Below are positions 29,831-41,097 of a DNA stretch of 64,000 nt, in pieces. The position numbers and the translations under genes were made by a program. The first letter of the stretch is position 1. Each line of letters opens with the position of its first letter. Below the pieces are notes generated by a model that had not been told where the DNA came from, did not search any database, and saw nothing but the letters and a program-made list of their open reading frames with translations. This DNA is from an uncultured Verrucomicrobiae bacterium. GTDB taxonomy: Bacteria > Verrucomicrobiota > Verrucomicrobiia > Chthoniobacterales > JAFAMB01. The stretch spans positions 128,001-192,000 of the forward strand of contig CAWEXO010000001.1 of the NCBI GenBank assembly GCA_963813025.1, given 5' to 3'.

Positions 29831-31274
29831 CTACTGGCTAGTGGACTTGAGGAGTCCCGCCGCGCGATAGCTAGAAAGTGCGTCTTTCCAAAACTTTTTC
29901 TGGGTATCCGCCCCGAGTCGGTCAGTAATGCCTTTCCAATCTGCGGCCACTCCATCCAACGCGGTCTTCGGATCTGCTTCTCCGGAAAGGGCCTTGCCCA
30001 CCGCCAAATCCAGAGCGTCGATATATTGCGCGGCGCCGGGAATATTCAGGTCGGGGAACCCGTTTTCCAGATTGGCTTTCACCGCCGCGACATAGGCTCT
30101 TCGTTGAAGCTTCATCCGGAAATTTGTAGTGCGAGATATCGGTGAAATGGCTGATCCGGTAAGGATCTTGCCCACTCCAGTTGGCCGCGACTGTGATCGG
30201 GCTCTTGTCCAAAGAGAGATATTTCGCGACCCAATAGGCGGCTTCCTTGTTCTTCGACTTCGCCGGTACTGCCAGGACCCGGCCAACCGGCATCGGCGCC
30301 TTGTGCTGAATCTGACCGTTCACCTCGGTGCCCGGAACCTGGCCAAACCCTGCTTTGCCAACAATTTTACTGAGTTGCGGATCCGCGGTCTTTTTTCCGA
30401 CATCCGACCATTGCACCACCATGGCAATATCACCGTTCAAAAACGCATTTTTAAGCTCCTCGTACCCGTAGCTCAGCACATCTGGAGGACAGAATTTCAG
30501 GCTATCGACCATGTTTTGCAGCCCTTCGACCGCTGCGGCCGTGTTGATCTGCGGGTTCATATTTTCATCAAAATAAATTCCACCCGCGCTCGCGAAACGG
30601 GCTAAGAACCAGCCGTAACTAAATCCGCGCGCTCCGTACTCGCCGGCACCGTAGAACGCTCGATTGAGTTTTTGACCGGCCAACATGTCACCCGGTTTTC
30701 GGGTAAAGAATTCTGCGACTTCTAACCATTCTTTCCAGCTTGCCGGCGGAGCCAGCTCCCGATTGTACTTCTTTTTGAAGGCGGCTTTTTCCTCGGGATT
30801 CTCAAAAAGATCTTTGCGGTAGTAAAGCATCAGCACGTCTCCATCATAGGGCAAGGCATAAGTCTTCCCTGCCCATTTGCAGTAGATCTCCCGGTAGGGC
30901 GGTTCTACTTCGGCCATATTCGGATCCCAAACGGAAGCGGGCGTTTTCTTCATGTACTCGTCCAGCGGTTCCAGATAACCGTTGCCGGCGAAGTCACCAA
31001 TGTAGGAGGGATAAAAAATCACCATGTCATACTCGTCGGAACCAGCGACAAAACTGGTCTTCAGCTTATCGTAGAGGCCGGTGAAGGTTGCTCCGACTTG
31101 TTTGATGGTTACGCCGGCCTTGGTGAAATCATCCTCGTACTTGTTGAGCGATTCCATGTTCTGACCGGCATCGCCGATGACCGTGATGGTGACATTGTTG
31201 AAATGCGGCAGCTCAGCCGAGCCGGTGCTTGCGGCCATCAAAGCGAACCAAAGAGGGAGGAATTTGGGTTTCAT
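29831..31274 (-). CDS. Sugar ABC transporter substrate-binding protein, +1 frameshift near 30105
   Basis: Signal peptide; YALPYDGD, YYRKDLF; C-terminus YVAAVKANL...IPGAAQYIDAL lies in the next frame. Confidence 0.85.
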
Positions 31275-31384
31275 CGTAGGGGGCTTCCAGGGTGGAGGCG
31301 CCAGCAACCGTCGGCGATAATTCTCCGGGGCTCGCCAGTCGACTCTGCTCCATCATTAGAGCCCATCGCTCAACTGTTGTAAAA

Positions 31385-32011
31385 TATCCGCGTCCGAAAA
31401 CACTGGGTATTTCTTGGGGACGAACGATGGCGGCAATGGTCAGGTGGATGCCTCGTCAATGGAACCGCGGATTACATGTAGTGGTGCTGAACGGCGGTAT
31501 CGGTCGAACGAATTCTCCGAGCCAACCCGTCGATGTTGCGGTAAGAATGGCCGCTTCGGCGTCCGGCTTTGCCACCATTATGCCCGTCCCCGCGATCCTC
31601 GGGCTGGCCACCACCAAAGAAGCGCTAGAGAGAGATCCGACGATCTCTACGGTGCTCGCCGCGGCCGCCGAGACGCCCATTGCTTGCTTTACCGTGGGCG
31701 CTCTTTCCCATCATTCGGTTCATGTCGAGTCCGGCAATCTGACGAAAGCCGAAATAGCACAGCTTCGCCGGAAAGGGGCGGTCGGCGATATCTTGGGTCG
31801 ATTTATCAATCGCGAGGGCGACATTGCCGACGAAGAGATTGATGCCCGGACAATTGGCCTCGCCCCAAAAGCATTACGGGACAAGGAACGCTCAATCTGT
31901 GTGGCGGGCGGAAAAACTAAGCACGCTGCAGTCCGTGCCGGCTTAATCGCCCGCTATTACAACGTGTTGGTAACCGATGAACAAACGGCTAAGTTTCTTT
32001 TGAAAGAGTGA
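31385..32011 (+). pseudogene. SorC/DeoR-type regulator, sugar-binding domain only (HTH missing)
   Basis: LGISWGRTM, GAVGDILGRF, VAGGKTK, VLVTDE; no N-terminal HTH and no room for one. Confidence 0.75.
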
Positions 32012-32067
32012 ATGGCGAGCCGAGCTGATCGGCGGACGAGTTCTTTCCTTAACGGAGCCTGGATCTG

Positions 32068-33069
32068 ATGAAACGGTCGATTACCCTCCTTGAGCCGCAT
32101 CCACGGGCGCAGGTAACCCCGCCCGAGAGAAACCCCGGTATGCCACTGGATCTGGAATGGGTCCGCGATGCCAGGGTAAACCTCAGCGCAGTGGAACGCC
32201 GTTCAGCCAGTCTGCCCGCTCGCCGAACCGTAAAGAAGCAATGGCAGGCGGCGTGGCTGCTAAAAGCGGTGAGCTGTATGGATCTGACAACCCTCGCTGG
32301 AGACGACACCGCGGGAAAAGTTCGCCGGCTTTGTGCGAAAGGTCGGCAACCGGTTCGTCCGGATCTGTTGAAAGCCATGAACGCGGACGATCTTGGTCTG
32401 ACAGTCGGCGCGGTTTGTGTCTATCCGACCATGGTGCGCACGGCGGTCGAAGCGTTAGTTGGCTCGAGTATACCCGTGGCTTCGGTCGCTACAGGATTTC
32501 CGACCGGCCTGAGCCCAGCGCGGCTGCGGCTGGAGGAGATTCGCTACGCGATAAGCGAAGGTGCTCGGGAAATAGACATCGTTATTACGCGCGAACATGT
32601 GCTCACCGGCAATTGGCCAGCGCTGTACGAAGAGGTATTGCAATTCCGTGAGGCTTGCGGCGACGCTCACCTGAAAGCGATTCTCGCCACCGGCGAACTC
32701 GGGACGCTGCGGAATGTCTATCGCGCCAGCTTGGTCGCCATGATGGCCGGCGCTGACTTTATCAAAACGTCTACTGGAAAAGAGACCGAAAACGCAACTA
32801 TACCGGTGAGCCTGACCATGGTACGCGCGATCAGAGCGTATCTGGACCGCACCCGCTATCGGATAGGGTTCAAACCGGCGGGCGGGATTCGGACAGCCAA
32901 GGACGCGCTGACCTGGCTGATTCTGATGAAAGAAGAACTGGGCCGCGCGTGGCTTGAGCCAGATTTGTTTCGATTTGGCGTTTCGACATTGCTTACCGAT
33001 ATCGAACGCCAGCTCGAACACTTTGTAACTGGACGCTATTCGGCGGCCCACCGACATCCAATGGCTTAA
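32068..33069 (+). CDS. deoC: Deoxyribose-phosphate aldolase (long type)
   Basis: DLTTLAGDDT, AVCVYP, EIDIVI, ADFIKTSTGK, GFKPAGG. Confidence 0.95.
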   Translation: MKRSITLLEPHPRAQVTPPERNPGMPLDLEWVRDARVNLSAVERRSASLPARRTVKKQWQAAWLLKAVSCMDLTTLAGDDTAGKVRRLCAKGRQPVRPDLLKAMNADDLGLTVGAVCVYPTMVRTAVEALVGSSIPVASVATGFPTGLSPARLRLEEIRYAISEGAREIDIVITREHVLTGNWPALYEEVLQFREACGDAHLKAILATGELGTLRNVYRASLVAMMAGADFIKTSTGKETENATIPVSLTMVRAIRAYLDRTRYRIGFKPAGGIRTAKDALTWLILMKEELGRAWLEPDLFRFGVSTLLTDIERQLEHFVTGRYSAAHRHPMA

Positions 33070-33073
33070 TGGT

Positions 33074-35480
33074 ATGAGCACGGTTCGCGAAATTTTCCAA
33101 ACTATGGAGTACGGTCCGGCCCCGGAAGCGCCCGATCCGGCTCTGGAGTGGTTAGCAAGACATCAGCACAGTTTCCGCCCGTTTATTCGCGGCCATTTCC
33201 AGGACGTCCCAGATGCAAAAACCTTTGAAAGTATCAACCCGCGTAACGGGAAGCCAATCGCTAAACTGATACAATGCGGCAGAGCAGAAGTAGACGCGGC
33301 GGTTGAGGCCGCGGCGGCGGCATTTCCTGAATGGGCTGCTTTGACCGGCCATGTCCGCGCGCGTTATCTGTACGCCATCGCCCGACAGATCCAGAAGCAT
33401 TCCCGCCTGTTTGCGGTGCTGGAAACATTGGATAATGGCAAATCGATCCGCGAATCACGCGATATCGATATTCCTCTGGTTGCTCGCCACTTTTATCATC
33501 ACGCCGGTTGGGCACAGCTTTTGCCGGAAGAGTTTTCCGGTTATGGGCCAATCGGTGTCTGCGGCCAGATCATTCCATGGAATTTTCCTTTGCTGATGTT
33601 GGCCTGGAAAATAGCACCGGCGTTGGCCGCCGGAAACACGGTGGTATTAAAACCAGCGGAATTTACATCACTTACCGCGCTGCTGTTTGCCGAACTGCTT
33701 GAGCAGATCGGTCTGCCGCCCGGAGTGGTAAATATTATCACCGGCGACGGTTCGACCGGCGAACTTCTAGTGAAGCATCCAGGAATTCACAAGCTGGCGT
33801 TTACCGGATCGACCGAGGTCGGCCGAATCATTCGCCAGGCGACCGCGGGTACTGGTAAGAAGCTATCACTGGAGTTAGGAGGCAAGTCGCCGTTCGTCGT
33901 GTTTGAAGATGCCGATCTGGATAGTGTCGTTGAAGGCGTGGTCGATGCAATCTGGTTTAACCAAGGCCAGGTGTGTTGTGCCGGCAGCCGTTTGTTGGTG
34001 CAGGAAGGGATTGCCCACTACCTTGAAGAGAAGCTTCGTGCGCGGATGGAGAGTCTGCGCGTCGGCGATCCCCTCGATAAAGCGATCGATCTTGGCGCGA
34101 TCGTCGCTCCGGTCCAGTTGCAGAGAATTGAGCAACTGGTTGAGCAAGGCAAAGCTGATGGAGCGACCTGTTGGCAACCGAGTTGGGCCGTCCCGCAGGA
34201 GGGCTATTTCTATCCGCCGACATTGTTCACTAACGTCGAACCGGCGTCCCGGATCGCTCAGGTCGAAATTTTTGGTCCCGTGTTGGTCGAGCATGACTTT
34301 TCGGACACCCGCCGAGGCGGTGGCATTGGCAAACAACACGGCCTACGGCTTGGCAGCGTCGGTCTGGACTGAGAACGTGAACTTGGCCTTGGACATAGCG
34401 CCCAAGCTCAAGGCCGGTGTTGTCTGGGTGAACTCGACCAACCTGTTCGATGCTGCAGCCGGGTTCGGAGGATATCGGGAAAGCGGATTCGGCCGCGAGG
34501 GAGGTAAAGAAGGGATGTACGAGTATTTGATGCCTTGCTGGGAGCGACTGGCGAAGCCGACAGAGGAGGTGAGCTCGGAACTCAGCATAGGGCCAGCAGC
34601 GGAATCAATGCTCCGCCGCCGTCCATCCGAGCCGGACATCGACCGAAGTCCGAAGTTATATATCGGAGGAAAGCAGGTAAGACCCGACAGCGGTTATAGT
34701 TTCGCCGTTAAAGACGGGGCCGGAAAATATCTCGGCGAAGTCGGCCTCGGAAATCGGAAAGATATCCGGAATGCGGTGGAAGCTGCGCACAAAGCCGGCG
34801 GTTGGTCGCGAGCGACGGCTCATCTCCGTGCTCAAATTCTCTATTATCTCGCAGAAAATCTGGCGGTGCGGGCGGCAGAATTTAGGAATCAGCTAACACG
34901 CAGTGCTGGACATTCACGCGAACTGGCGGAGCGGGAGGTTAGTCGTTCAATCGAGCGACTGTTTTATTATGGTGCCTGGGCGGATAAGTACGAAGGGCAA
35001 GTGCATGCGGTGCCATTTCGAAACGTGACTCTGGCGATGCCCGAACCTTGGGGCGTACTTGGCATCGTCTGTCCACCGGAGCAGCCGCTGCTGAGCTTTA
35101 TCTCGCTGGTAGCGCCGGCACTCGCGGTAGGAAATCGAGTCGTGGTGGTTCCCTCTTCGCGTTACCCGCTTATCTCGACCGATTTTTATCAAGTACTGGA
35201 TACGAGTGACGTGCCCGCTGGCGTCCTCAATCTGGTCACGGGAGATCCCAATGAACTCGGACGAGTCCTTGCCCAGCACGATGACGTTGGCGCAATCTGG
35301 TGTTTTGGTTCGAAAGCGCTTAGCGCAACGATCGAAAAAGAGTCTTCTGGTAACCTGAAACCTACTTGGGTCAGCTTTGGCAAGACCCGTGATTGGTTTG
35401 ATGATCAACAGGCACACGGAAAGGAATACCTCCGGCACGCCACCCAAATCAAAAATATCTGGGTCCCCTACGGCGAGTAG
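33074..35480 (+). CDS. Two-domain aldehyde dehydrogenase (ALDH16-like), +1 frameshift near 34290
   Basis: IPWNFP, FTGSTEVG, LELGGKSP, QVCCAGS, EIFGPV; the next frame continues with FGGYRESGFGREGG and a second domain ending KNIWVPYGE. Confidence 0.9.
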
Positions 35481-35519
35481 GCTTGTGTTCGGGAAAGCCG
35501 TTGCGTTTGGAAGCACAGA

Positions 35520-35760
35520 TTTCACTGCTTCCAGCTTGTCAGGTCTTAGGACCGGCAGAATGCCGAAGTGACACAGGCCAGCCTGTCTGTGGAAGATCTA
35601 TTAAGTAGAGTAGAGAGGGTCCATGAGGAGCCCTCTCTACTCTACTGCTACTAAGTCCGACACGCTGGAAGCCTGTATCACTATTTCCGCTGTGGCACCG
35701 GCATCCTGCCGGTCTTTGGGATTTGACACAGAAGATCCCAAAGGTCGCAAAGATTCGCCT
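35520..35760. repeat. Mosaic of short REP-like palindromes
   Basis: CTTCCAGCTTGTCAGG, ACCGGCAGAATGCCG, CTAAGTCCGACA, CACCGGCATCCTGCCGGT; these recur at 39769, 40005, 40275, 40315 and 62693. Confidence 0.7.
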
Positions 35761-35768
35761 TATGTCGG

Positions 35769-35996
35769 TCGACCTGCGTAAAACCACTCGTAAATACCGA
35801 AAGCTGCGAGGCGAGTCACCTGCAATACCATATCTCCGGGCGCCTCAGGGTGCGCATGGATGACGGGAGTGAGGATGAGTTTGGACCAGGTGAAGTATCG
35901 CTGCTGCCTCCGGGACACGACGCATGGGTCGTGGGCAACGAACCGGTCGTTGTAATCGATGTTTCAGGAATGGCGAACTACGCGAAGCAAGTTTAA
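35769..35996 (+). pseudogene. Cupin-domain protein, C-terminal half (absent from the ORF track)
   Basis: Hand translation: STCVKPLVNTESCEASHLQYHISGRLRVRMDDGSEDEFGPGEVSLLPPGHDAWVVGNEPVVVIDVSGMANYAKQV*; no start codon. Confidence 0.8.
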
Positions 35997-36179
35997 GAGC
36001 TTTGTCTGAACGCTGATCCCGCGTTTCTCCAAAAACCGCTCGCAATATTCCGCTGTATATGAGCGGAGGCTCACACACTTCCCCCCTCTTGATAATCGTC
36101 CATACCGCCGGATTTTGAGCATGAAAAGTATATATTCTGTTGGTTGGCGGAAGATCTCGACCTGACCCTCATTGCCTCC

Positions 36180-36784
36180 CTAGGGGATAAAACGCTCTTT
36201 TTGAAACTCTGCGAACAGGCGCAGCAACATTTCCTCGGTGTCAACCCATTCGTGGAAACCGAACCGACGCGCCTTCGTAGTGTCGGAGATGACATCGTAC
36301 TCGAGATTAAAGATGGCTTCTCCAAACGGCCAGGAAACGGCTTTCTGGTAGGAGTAATTCCGCAAACCATACTTCTTCACCATACGGTTCCAGATCGGCT
36401 CCTTGTCGGACATGAATGATGTCAGCGGCAGGTGCTGGGGGGATCCGCAGGGAAGTCGACCTTGCGCAAACGCGATGACGCCTGGATCACCGCCTCCAGG
36501 GTGTTGGCCAGCATTGTCAGGTTCGGAGCGACTTCGGCGGCAAAGGTGGCGGCCGGCTGAAGCGCAGCCTAGAAGACGTGCGTGACGTCACGAAAGTCGT
36601 TGAGTTTACTTTCCACCTCCGATCGGTTCAGCAAATCTACCGAGATGAACTTCGCTGACGTGGCAAATTCGGGGCTTCTGCGCGACAGCCCGATCACCTC
36701 CCAATTGCCAATCTCAACCAGGTGGTTTAAAAGGCTGCGACCTGTCACCCCAAGCGCGCCGGCAACGAGAGCTTTCTGGCCCAT
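36180..36784 (-). pseudogene. PRISE/progesterone-5beta-reductase-like SDR with its centre deleted
   Basis: N-terminal ALVAGALGVTG...GLSRR...VTHVF and C-terminal WNRMVKKYGL...DTTKARRFGF remain; the middle is missing. Confidence 0.8.
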
Positions 36785-36873
36785 AACGGATGGCTTCCAA
36801 CGTTTATCGCAGCAGCGCGCTGGTCGCAAGGTCCCTATATTGACATAGGATAGCGGAAAAGCCAGTTTGCAGC

Positions 36874-37848
36874 ATGAAAGCGGGACGCTCCCGCCGGGAT
36901 TTCATTCGTCGCACACTCGTCGGCGGTGCCATCGCAGCTTTGTTTTCACGCCTCGGCTTAACTTCGGCCAGGGCTGCGTCTGACCCGGTCGACCGCAGAA
37001 AACTTGGTCGTATCGGTGCGGATGTTTCCATTCTGGGTCTCGGGCTGGGCGGTGCATTCATGGACGCCTATGAACGCAACTTGGAGGCTGGACATGCACT
37101 GCTGGAAGCCGCTCTCGCCAAAGGTATAAATTACTGGGACACCGCACGCGGCTATGGTCCAAGCGAAGGCATGATTGCTCCCGTCCTCGCGCGCAATCGG
37201 GATAAGGTCTTTCTGGCCAGCAAGAGCGACGCGCGGGATTATGAAGGCTTCAAACGGGACCTTGACCGCAGTCTTCAGGTTCTACGGACTGACCGCATTG
37301 ATCTCTATCTACTGCACGACATGCGGCCTCACGAGTCGGGCGATCTGGGCGCCATCGAGTCCGGGGCGGTGCGTGCCGCCCGCGAGGCAAAAAACCAGAA
37401 AATCATCCGCGGCTTCGGAGTAACCGGACATTCCAGCGCCGGGATTCTGATCGAATGCATGAAGCGATTTGATCCCGATGCCGTGCTGACAATCTTTCCA
37501 GCTACACGGCCGGACAAGGGTCGGTATGAAGACGAGCTGCTACCGTTAGCGCGCAAGCGGGAGATAGGTGTGATCGCAATGAAGACAATCCGATTCGGCC
37601 GGCAAGCCAGGCTGCCTGCGACGGAACTTCTTCGTTATGCACTGAGCCTGGATGGAGTTCACGCTGCCATCGTTGGTCTGGATACGCGAAGTCGGCTGAA
37701 TGAAAACGCCGCCGTGGCAATTAACTTTAAACGAATGCAAGCGGCCGAAGGGCTTGAACTTCATCGGATTGCCAGCAGCACTTTGGCTGGTGTCCTGGCG
37801 CCATGGGAACGTGGCGGTTATATCGACGATGGACGATTTGCGCGATGA
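36874..37848 (+). CDS. Aldo/keto reductase with a Tat signal peptide
   Basis: SRRDFIRR; GINYWDTARGYG, FLASK, IDLYLLH, IAMK. Confidence 0.9.
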   Translation: MKAGRSRRDFIRRTLVGGAIAALFSRLGLTSARAASDPVDRRKLGRIGADVSILGLGLGGAFMDAYERNLEAGHALLEAALAKGINYWDTARGYGPSEGMIAPVLARNRDKVFLASKSDARDYEGFKRDLDRSLQVLRTDRIDLYLLHDMRPHESGDLGAIESGAVRAAREAKNQKIIRGFGVTGHSSAGILIECMKRFDPDAVLTIFPATRPDKGRYEDELLPLARKREIGVIAMKTIRFGRQARLPATELLRYALSLDGVHAAIVGLDTRSRLNENAAVAINFKRMQAAEGLELHRIASSTLAGVLAPWERGGYIDDGRFAR

Positions 37849-37899
37849 TGCTCTCGTTCAGCAACTTCTTCACAAGGTTTCACGAAGGAAAGGATGGAG

Positions 37900-38560
37900 G
37901 AGTCGCGGGAGTTCAAGGAGTTCAAGGAGTTCAAGGAAGTTCAGGGAAGTTCAGGGAAGTTTGGAGGATATCGCCTCTGTCGGTAGGGCGATCCGCCTTT
38001 GGCGGATGAGCCCGGCGGCGCCGGGCGAAGACTCGTTCGAGCCGGGACTTTGTGGGTCGCCGCACACCCAAGACGACTCCGCCTTTGCCAAGGCTATGCC
38101 GGACACGTCAAACAAGTTCTCGCTGGGCCGCCGCCCCGGCTCAAATAAAGAGAATGTCTCGCAAACATCCGCTGATCCACGACCGGTAGGGCGAAAATTC
38201 ATTCGAGCGCCAGCGAGAACTTGTTTGAGCCGTCTTGGAGGGGTGGCACACCCCTTATGTCCGGCTTAAACGAGTCCTCGCTAAGGCTTGGATAAATTTT
38301 CGCCCTACCGGACCAGGGCCGAGGCCATGTTGCGAGACACTCTCTAAATTTTCGCCCTACCGATCTTGTCCGGTCGCAAACAAAATATCAAAGCGCACCG
38401 GCGTGCTCCTAAGTTCGACAGATCCTTCCAGCCATTGAGCGATGATCCTGCCTCGTCAGTTCTTCTCTGTAGCATCCGTGCCGAATCATCTTCGCGATCT
38501 TGCGCGCTTCTGTGTCATTCTTCTGCGATTTGCAATCGGGCATCGGCGATCGGTCATCGG
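37900..38560. repeat. Full composite nested repeat (REP doublet containing a MITE containing a REP doublet)
   Basis: (GGAGTTCAA)n and (GGAAGTTCAG)n lead-in; outer CGGTAGGGCG...; MITE 38150-38344 with TAAA duplication; inner REP doublet 38183-38311. Confidence 0.9.
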
Positions 38561-39604
38561 CTCAGCCGGATACTCGATGAGCACCTGCATAACCTCAAGC
38601 GACCCTTGGTCGAGCAAGCGATAGGCGCGCTCCGCTTCCGCAAGCGGAACGAGACGGGTAATCATTCGGCGGAGGTCCGAAGCAAACAAGGTAAGATATT
38701 CTTGCGCGATTCTCGAACGCCGCTCGATCGACCACAGCGGACCTAACATTGGATTAACAAAGCCGACCTGTGAAGAAATAATGCGCGGTCGATTGTGATG
38801 AAATTCTCCGGCAAGGCTCAACGTTTCAAACGTGCCGCCATACCAGGACATGGCGATCACTGTTCCGTTAAAGCCGGTTGTTCGGATTGCTTCGTTGAGA
38901 GCCGGAGCGGCTCCGGAAACCTCAATGACCGCATCGGCACCGCGCCCATCGGTCAGTTCCCTCACCGTCTCCGCCACTTTATCTGAAGGCAGCAGCAAAT
39001 GGTTAGCGCCCCCGTCACGCGCAAGTTGTCGTCGCAATTCGATTCCATCGACGCCAATGATCCGGCGCGCTCCGCCAAGTTTAAGGAGGCGGACGACGAT
39101 TTGACCGATCACGCCAAGCCCCATCACGACGACATCAGCGCCAAGCGGCAGATTGGCATCCAGAACACCATTATAAGCCGTGTTGAGATTCGCCAGAAAA
39201 ACGCCGGTCTCTTCCTCCTCGAGGTCGCCCAGGCTGACCACCCGATCTTCGGCAACGACGGCATGGCCGCCAGGCGGCGCATAGGCGAAAACAAGATCGC
39301 CCACTTTACGCACCGCAACCGAGCAACCAATGTCAGAGATCCGTCCGACCATGGCATAGCCATAGCGGGCCGGCCATTTCCAATCAGATCCTTGCTCCTT
39401 TGTGAACAAACGCGTGGAAGGATCCATGCGCTCACGCCACTGTGGCGCCAATCCTCGAAAGACGTTGAGCTCCGTTCCAGCGCTGATTCCAGAGACAATG
39501 GCTTCTAACAAGACTTCGTTCGGCTTCAGTGCGGGGAGCGGTTCACTGATTACGGCGAGCTGGCGCGGTCCAGTAAAGTAGAGTGATTGTGTCATTAAAC
39601 TCAT
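38486..39604 (-). CDS. MDR-family (Zn-ADH-like) dehydrogenase
   Basis: SGISAGTE, YGYAMVG, GLGVIG, GRGADAVIEVSG, FHHNR; the last ~25 aa read into the repeat. Confidence 0.85.
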   Translation of the reverse strand: MSLMTQSLYFTGPRQLAVISEPLPALKPNEVLLEAIVSGISAGTELNVFRGLAPQWRERMDPSTRLFTKEQGSDWKWPARYGYAMVGRISDIGCSVAVRKVGDLVFAYAPPGGHAVVAEDRVVSLGDLEEEETGVFLANLNTAYNGVLDANLPLGADVVVMGLGVIGQIVVRLLKLGGARRIIGVDGIELRRQLARDGGANHLLLPSDKVAETVRELTDGRGADAVIEVSGAAPALNEAIRTTGFNGTVIAMSWYGGTFETLSLAGEFHHNRPRIISSQVGFVNPMLGPLWSIERRSRIAQEYLTLFASDLRRMITRLVPLAEAERAYRLLDQGSLEVMQVLIEYPAEPMTDRRCPIANRRRMTQKRARSRR

Positions 39605-39644
39605 AAATCATCCTTTAACGCCGCCGGTTTCAACCGGTGTTCAC

Positions 39645-40580
39645 AGGAGTCGGGAGTTCAAGAAGTTCAAGGAAGTTCAAGAAGTTCAGGGAAGTTCAGG
39701 GAAGTTCAGGGAAGCTTGAGAAGTTCGAGGAGCGTTCGTTTGCGATTTGCGATCTGCGATTTGCCGTGGCACCGGCATCCCGCCGGCCTTCGTAATCTGA
39801 CAAGCTGAAAGTCTATCACCGAGAAACAGTTCTGGGCATTTTCCGATGTAGCACTGATCCTCATCCGACCAGTACACAATGTGTTCTTAGCGATCAGCGA
39901 TCTTCTGAACCTTGCGTGGCATGCCGGTTCATCTTTTAAGCTAGGATGCTCACTTTTTTTTGAAGCCGAAATATCCTGGCTGACCCGAGAAGGATCAGCT
40001 TTCGAGCTTGTCAGGTTTCACGAAGGGCAGGGATGCAGGAGTCGCAGGAGTCGGGAGTTCAATGAGTTCGCCCGAGGGCCGGAGCGTTGTGGAGTGCGTA
40101 CGACTTGTCGCCGCTTTTAGACCGCCCGGAGCGCGGCTCTCAAAAGGCTTCCAGCCCGTGAGCGAGATTTTTTTACAGAAGACCGCAGTAGATCGCGAAG
40201 AAGGAGAAAGCCGAAACTGAGCGAATCCCTGAGACCTTTATGGCCTTCCGTGGCAACTCTGACTCACTGCGCTGCCGTAGGATCAGTTAAATGTTCCAGC
40301 TTGTCAGGTTTCACCACCGGCAGGACGCCGATGTTACGGCGGAAAACTAATCCAGGCTTCAGCTTGTGAGCGCTGATCCTGGCCCGTGAGTTCTTCTCTA
40401 TAGGAAGAGATGGTGAATCATTTTCGCGACCTTTGTGTCCTTCTGTGTGAATCTTCTGTGTGAATCTTCTGTGTGAATCTTCTGCGATTTGCGATCGTTC
40501 ATCGGCTGTTGGCTATTGGCTACGGTTATTTTGCCACAGCCGCATTTGCGATCTGCTATTTGCGATTTGCGATTATTTTT
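39645..40580. repeat. Repeat mosaic: 9/10-bp runs, TTGCGAT/GGCTATT heptamers, 13-bp (CTTCTGTGTGAAT)x3 and REP halves
   Basis: 39700-39765 matches 26708-26770; 40090-40136 matches the 7048 arm; 40358-40500 matches 50155-50270. Confidence 0.8.
39815..39905 (-). pseudogene. HicB-like antitoxin N-terminal remnant
   Basis: KIADR*EHIVYWSDEDQCYIGKCPELFLG: in-frame TAA, truncated after LG. Confidence 0.6.
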
Positions 40581-40624
40581 GACCTGGCCTCCTGCACGAC
40601 GGAAGCGGCATGCTCGCCAGTCTA

Positions 40625-40990
40625 TCAGCTTTTCCGTTTGTGAATGATAATTGTGTTACCATCGGGATCGAAAATGCCGGCCATGTGGCAGACGCGGCTT
40701 TCCGTTGGTTCAAACATGAATCTGGTTCCTCGGTCTTTTAGTTCCTCCACTGATTTTGAGAAATCTTCTACTTCGAGCGCTACGGTCGCGCCATCGACCG
40801 ATGCTTTGAATTGTTCCGCACCCGAACCAAGTGCGAGAACCCCGGAGCCGATTTCGTACTCAACCCAGCCCAAAGCTTCACCTTCATGGACCATGCTTGG
40901 CTGCAGACCAAGAACGCCCTCGTAGAACTGCCGGGCGCGCTTCAGATCAGTTACTGGGTTTACGGTGAAGGCGATTTCAGAGACTTTCAT
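40625..40990 (-). CDS. VOC/glyoxalase family protein
   Basis: PVTDLKRARQFYEGVLGL, ALEVED, DPDGNTIIIH. Confidence 0.9.
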   Translation of the reverse strand: MKVSEIAFTVNPVTDLKRARQFYEGVLGLQPSMVHEGEALGWVEYEIGSGVLALGSGAEQFKASVDGATVALEVEDFSKSVEELKDRGTRFMFEPTESRVCHMAGIFDPDGNTIIIHKRKS

Positions 40991-41097
40991 ATGCTCCGCA
41001 TGCAGTAAGTTCTGTTTCCGCGCAAATTAAGTCCTTAAAAAGACCGCTCCAAGAAGCACGTCAGACTTTTCACTCCAGCCAAAGTGGAAGAAAGAAG

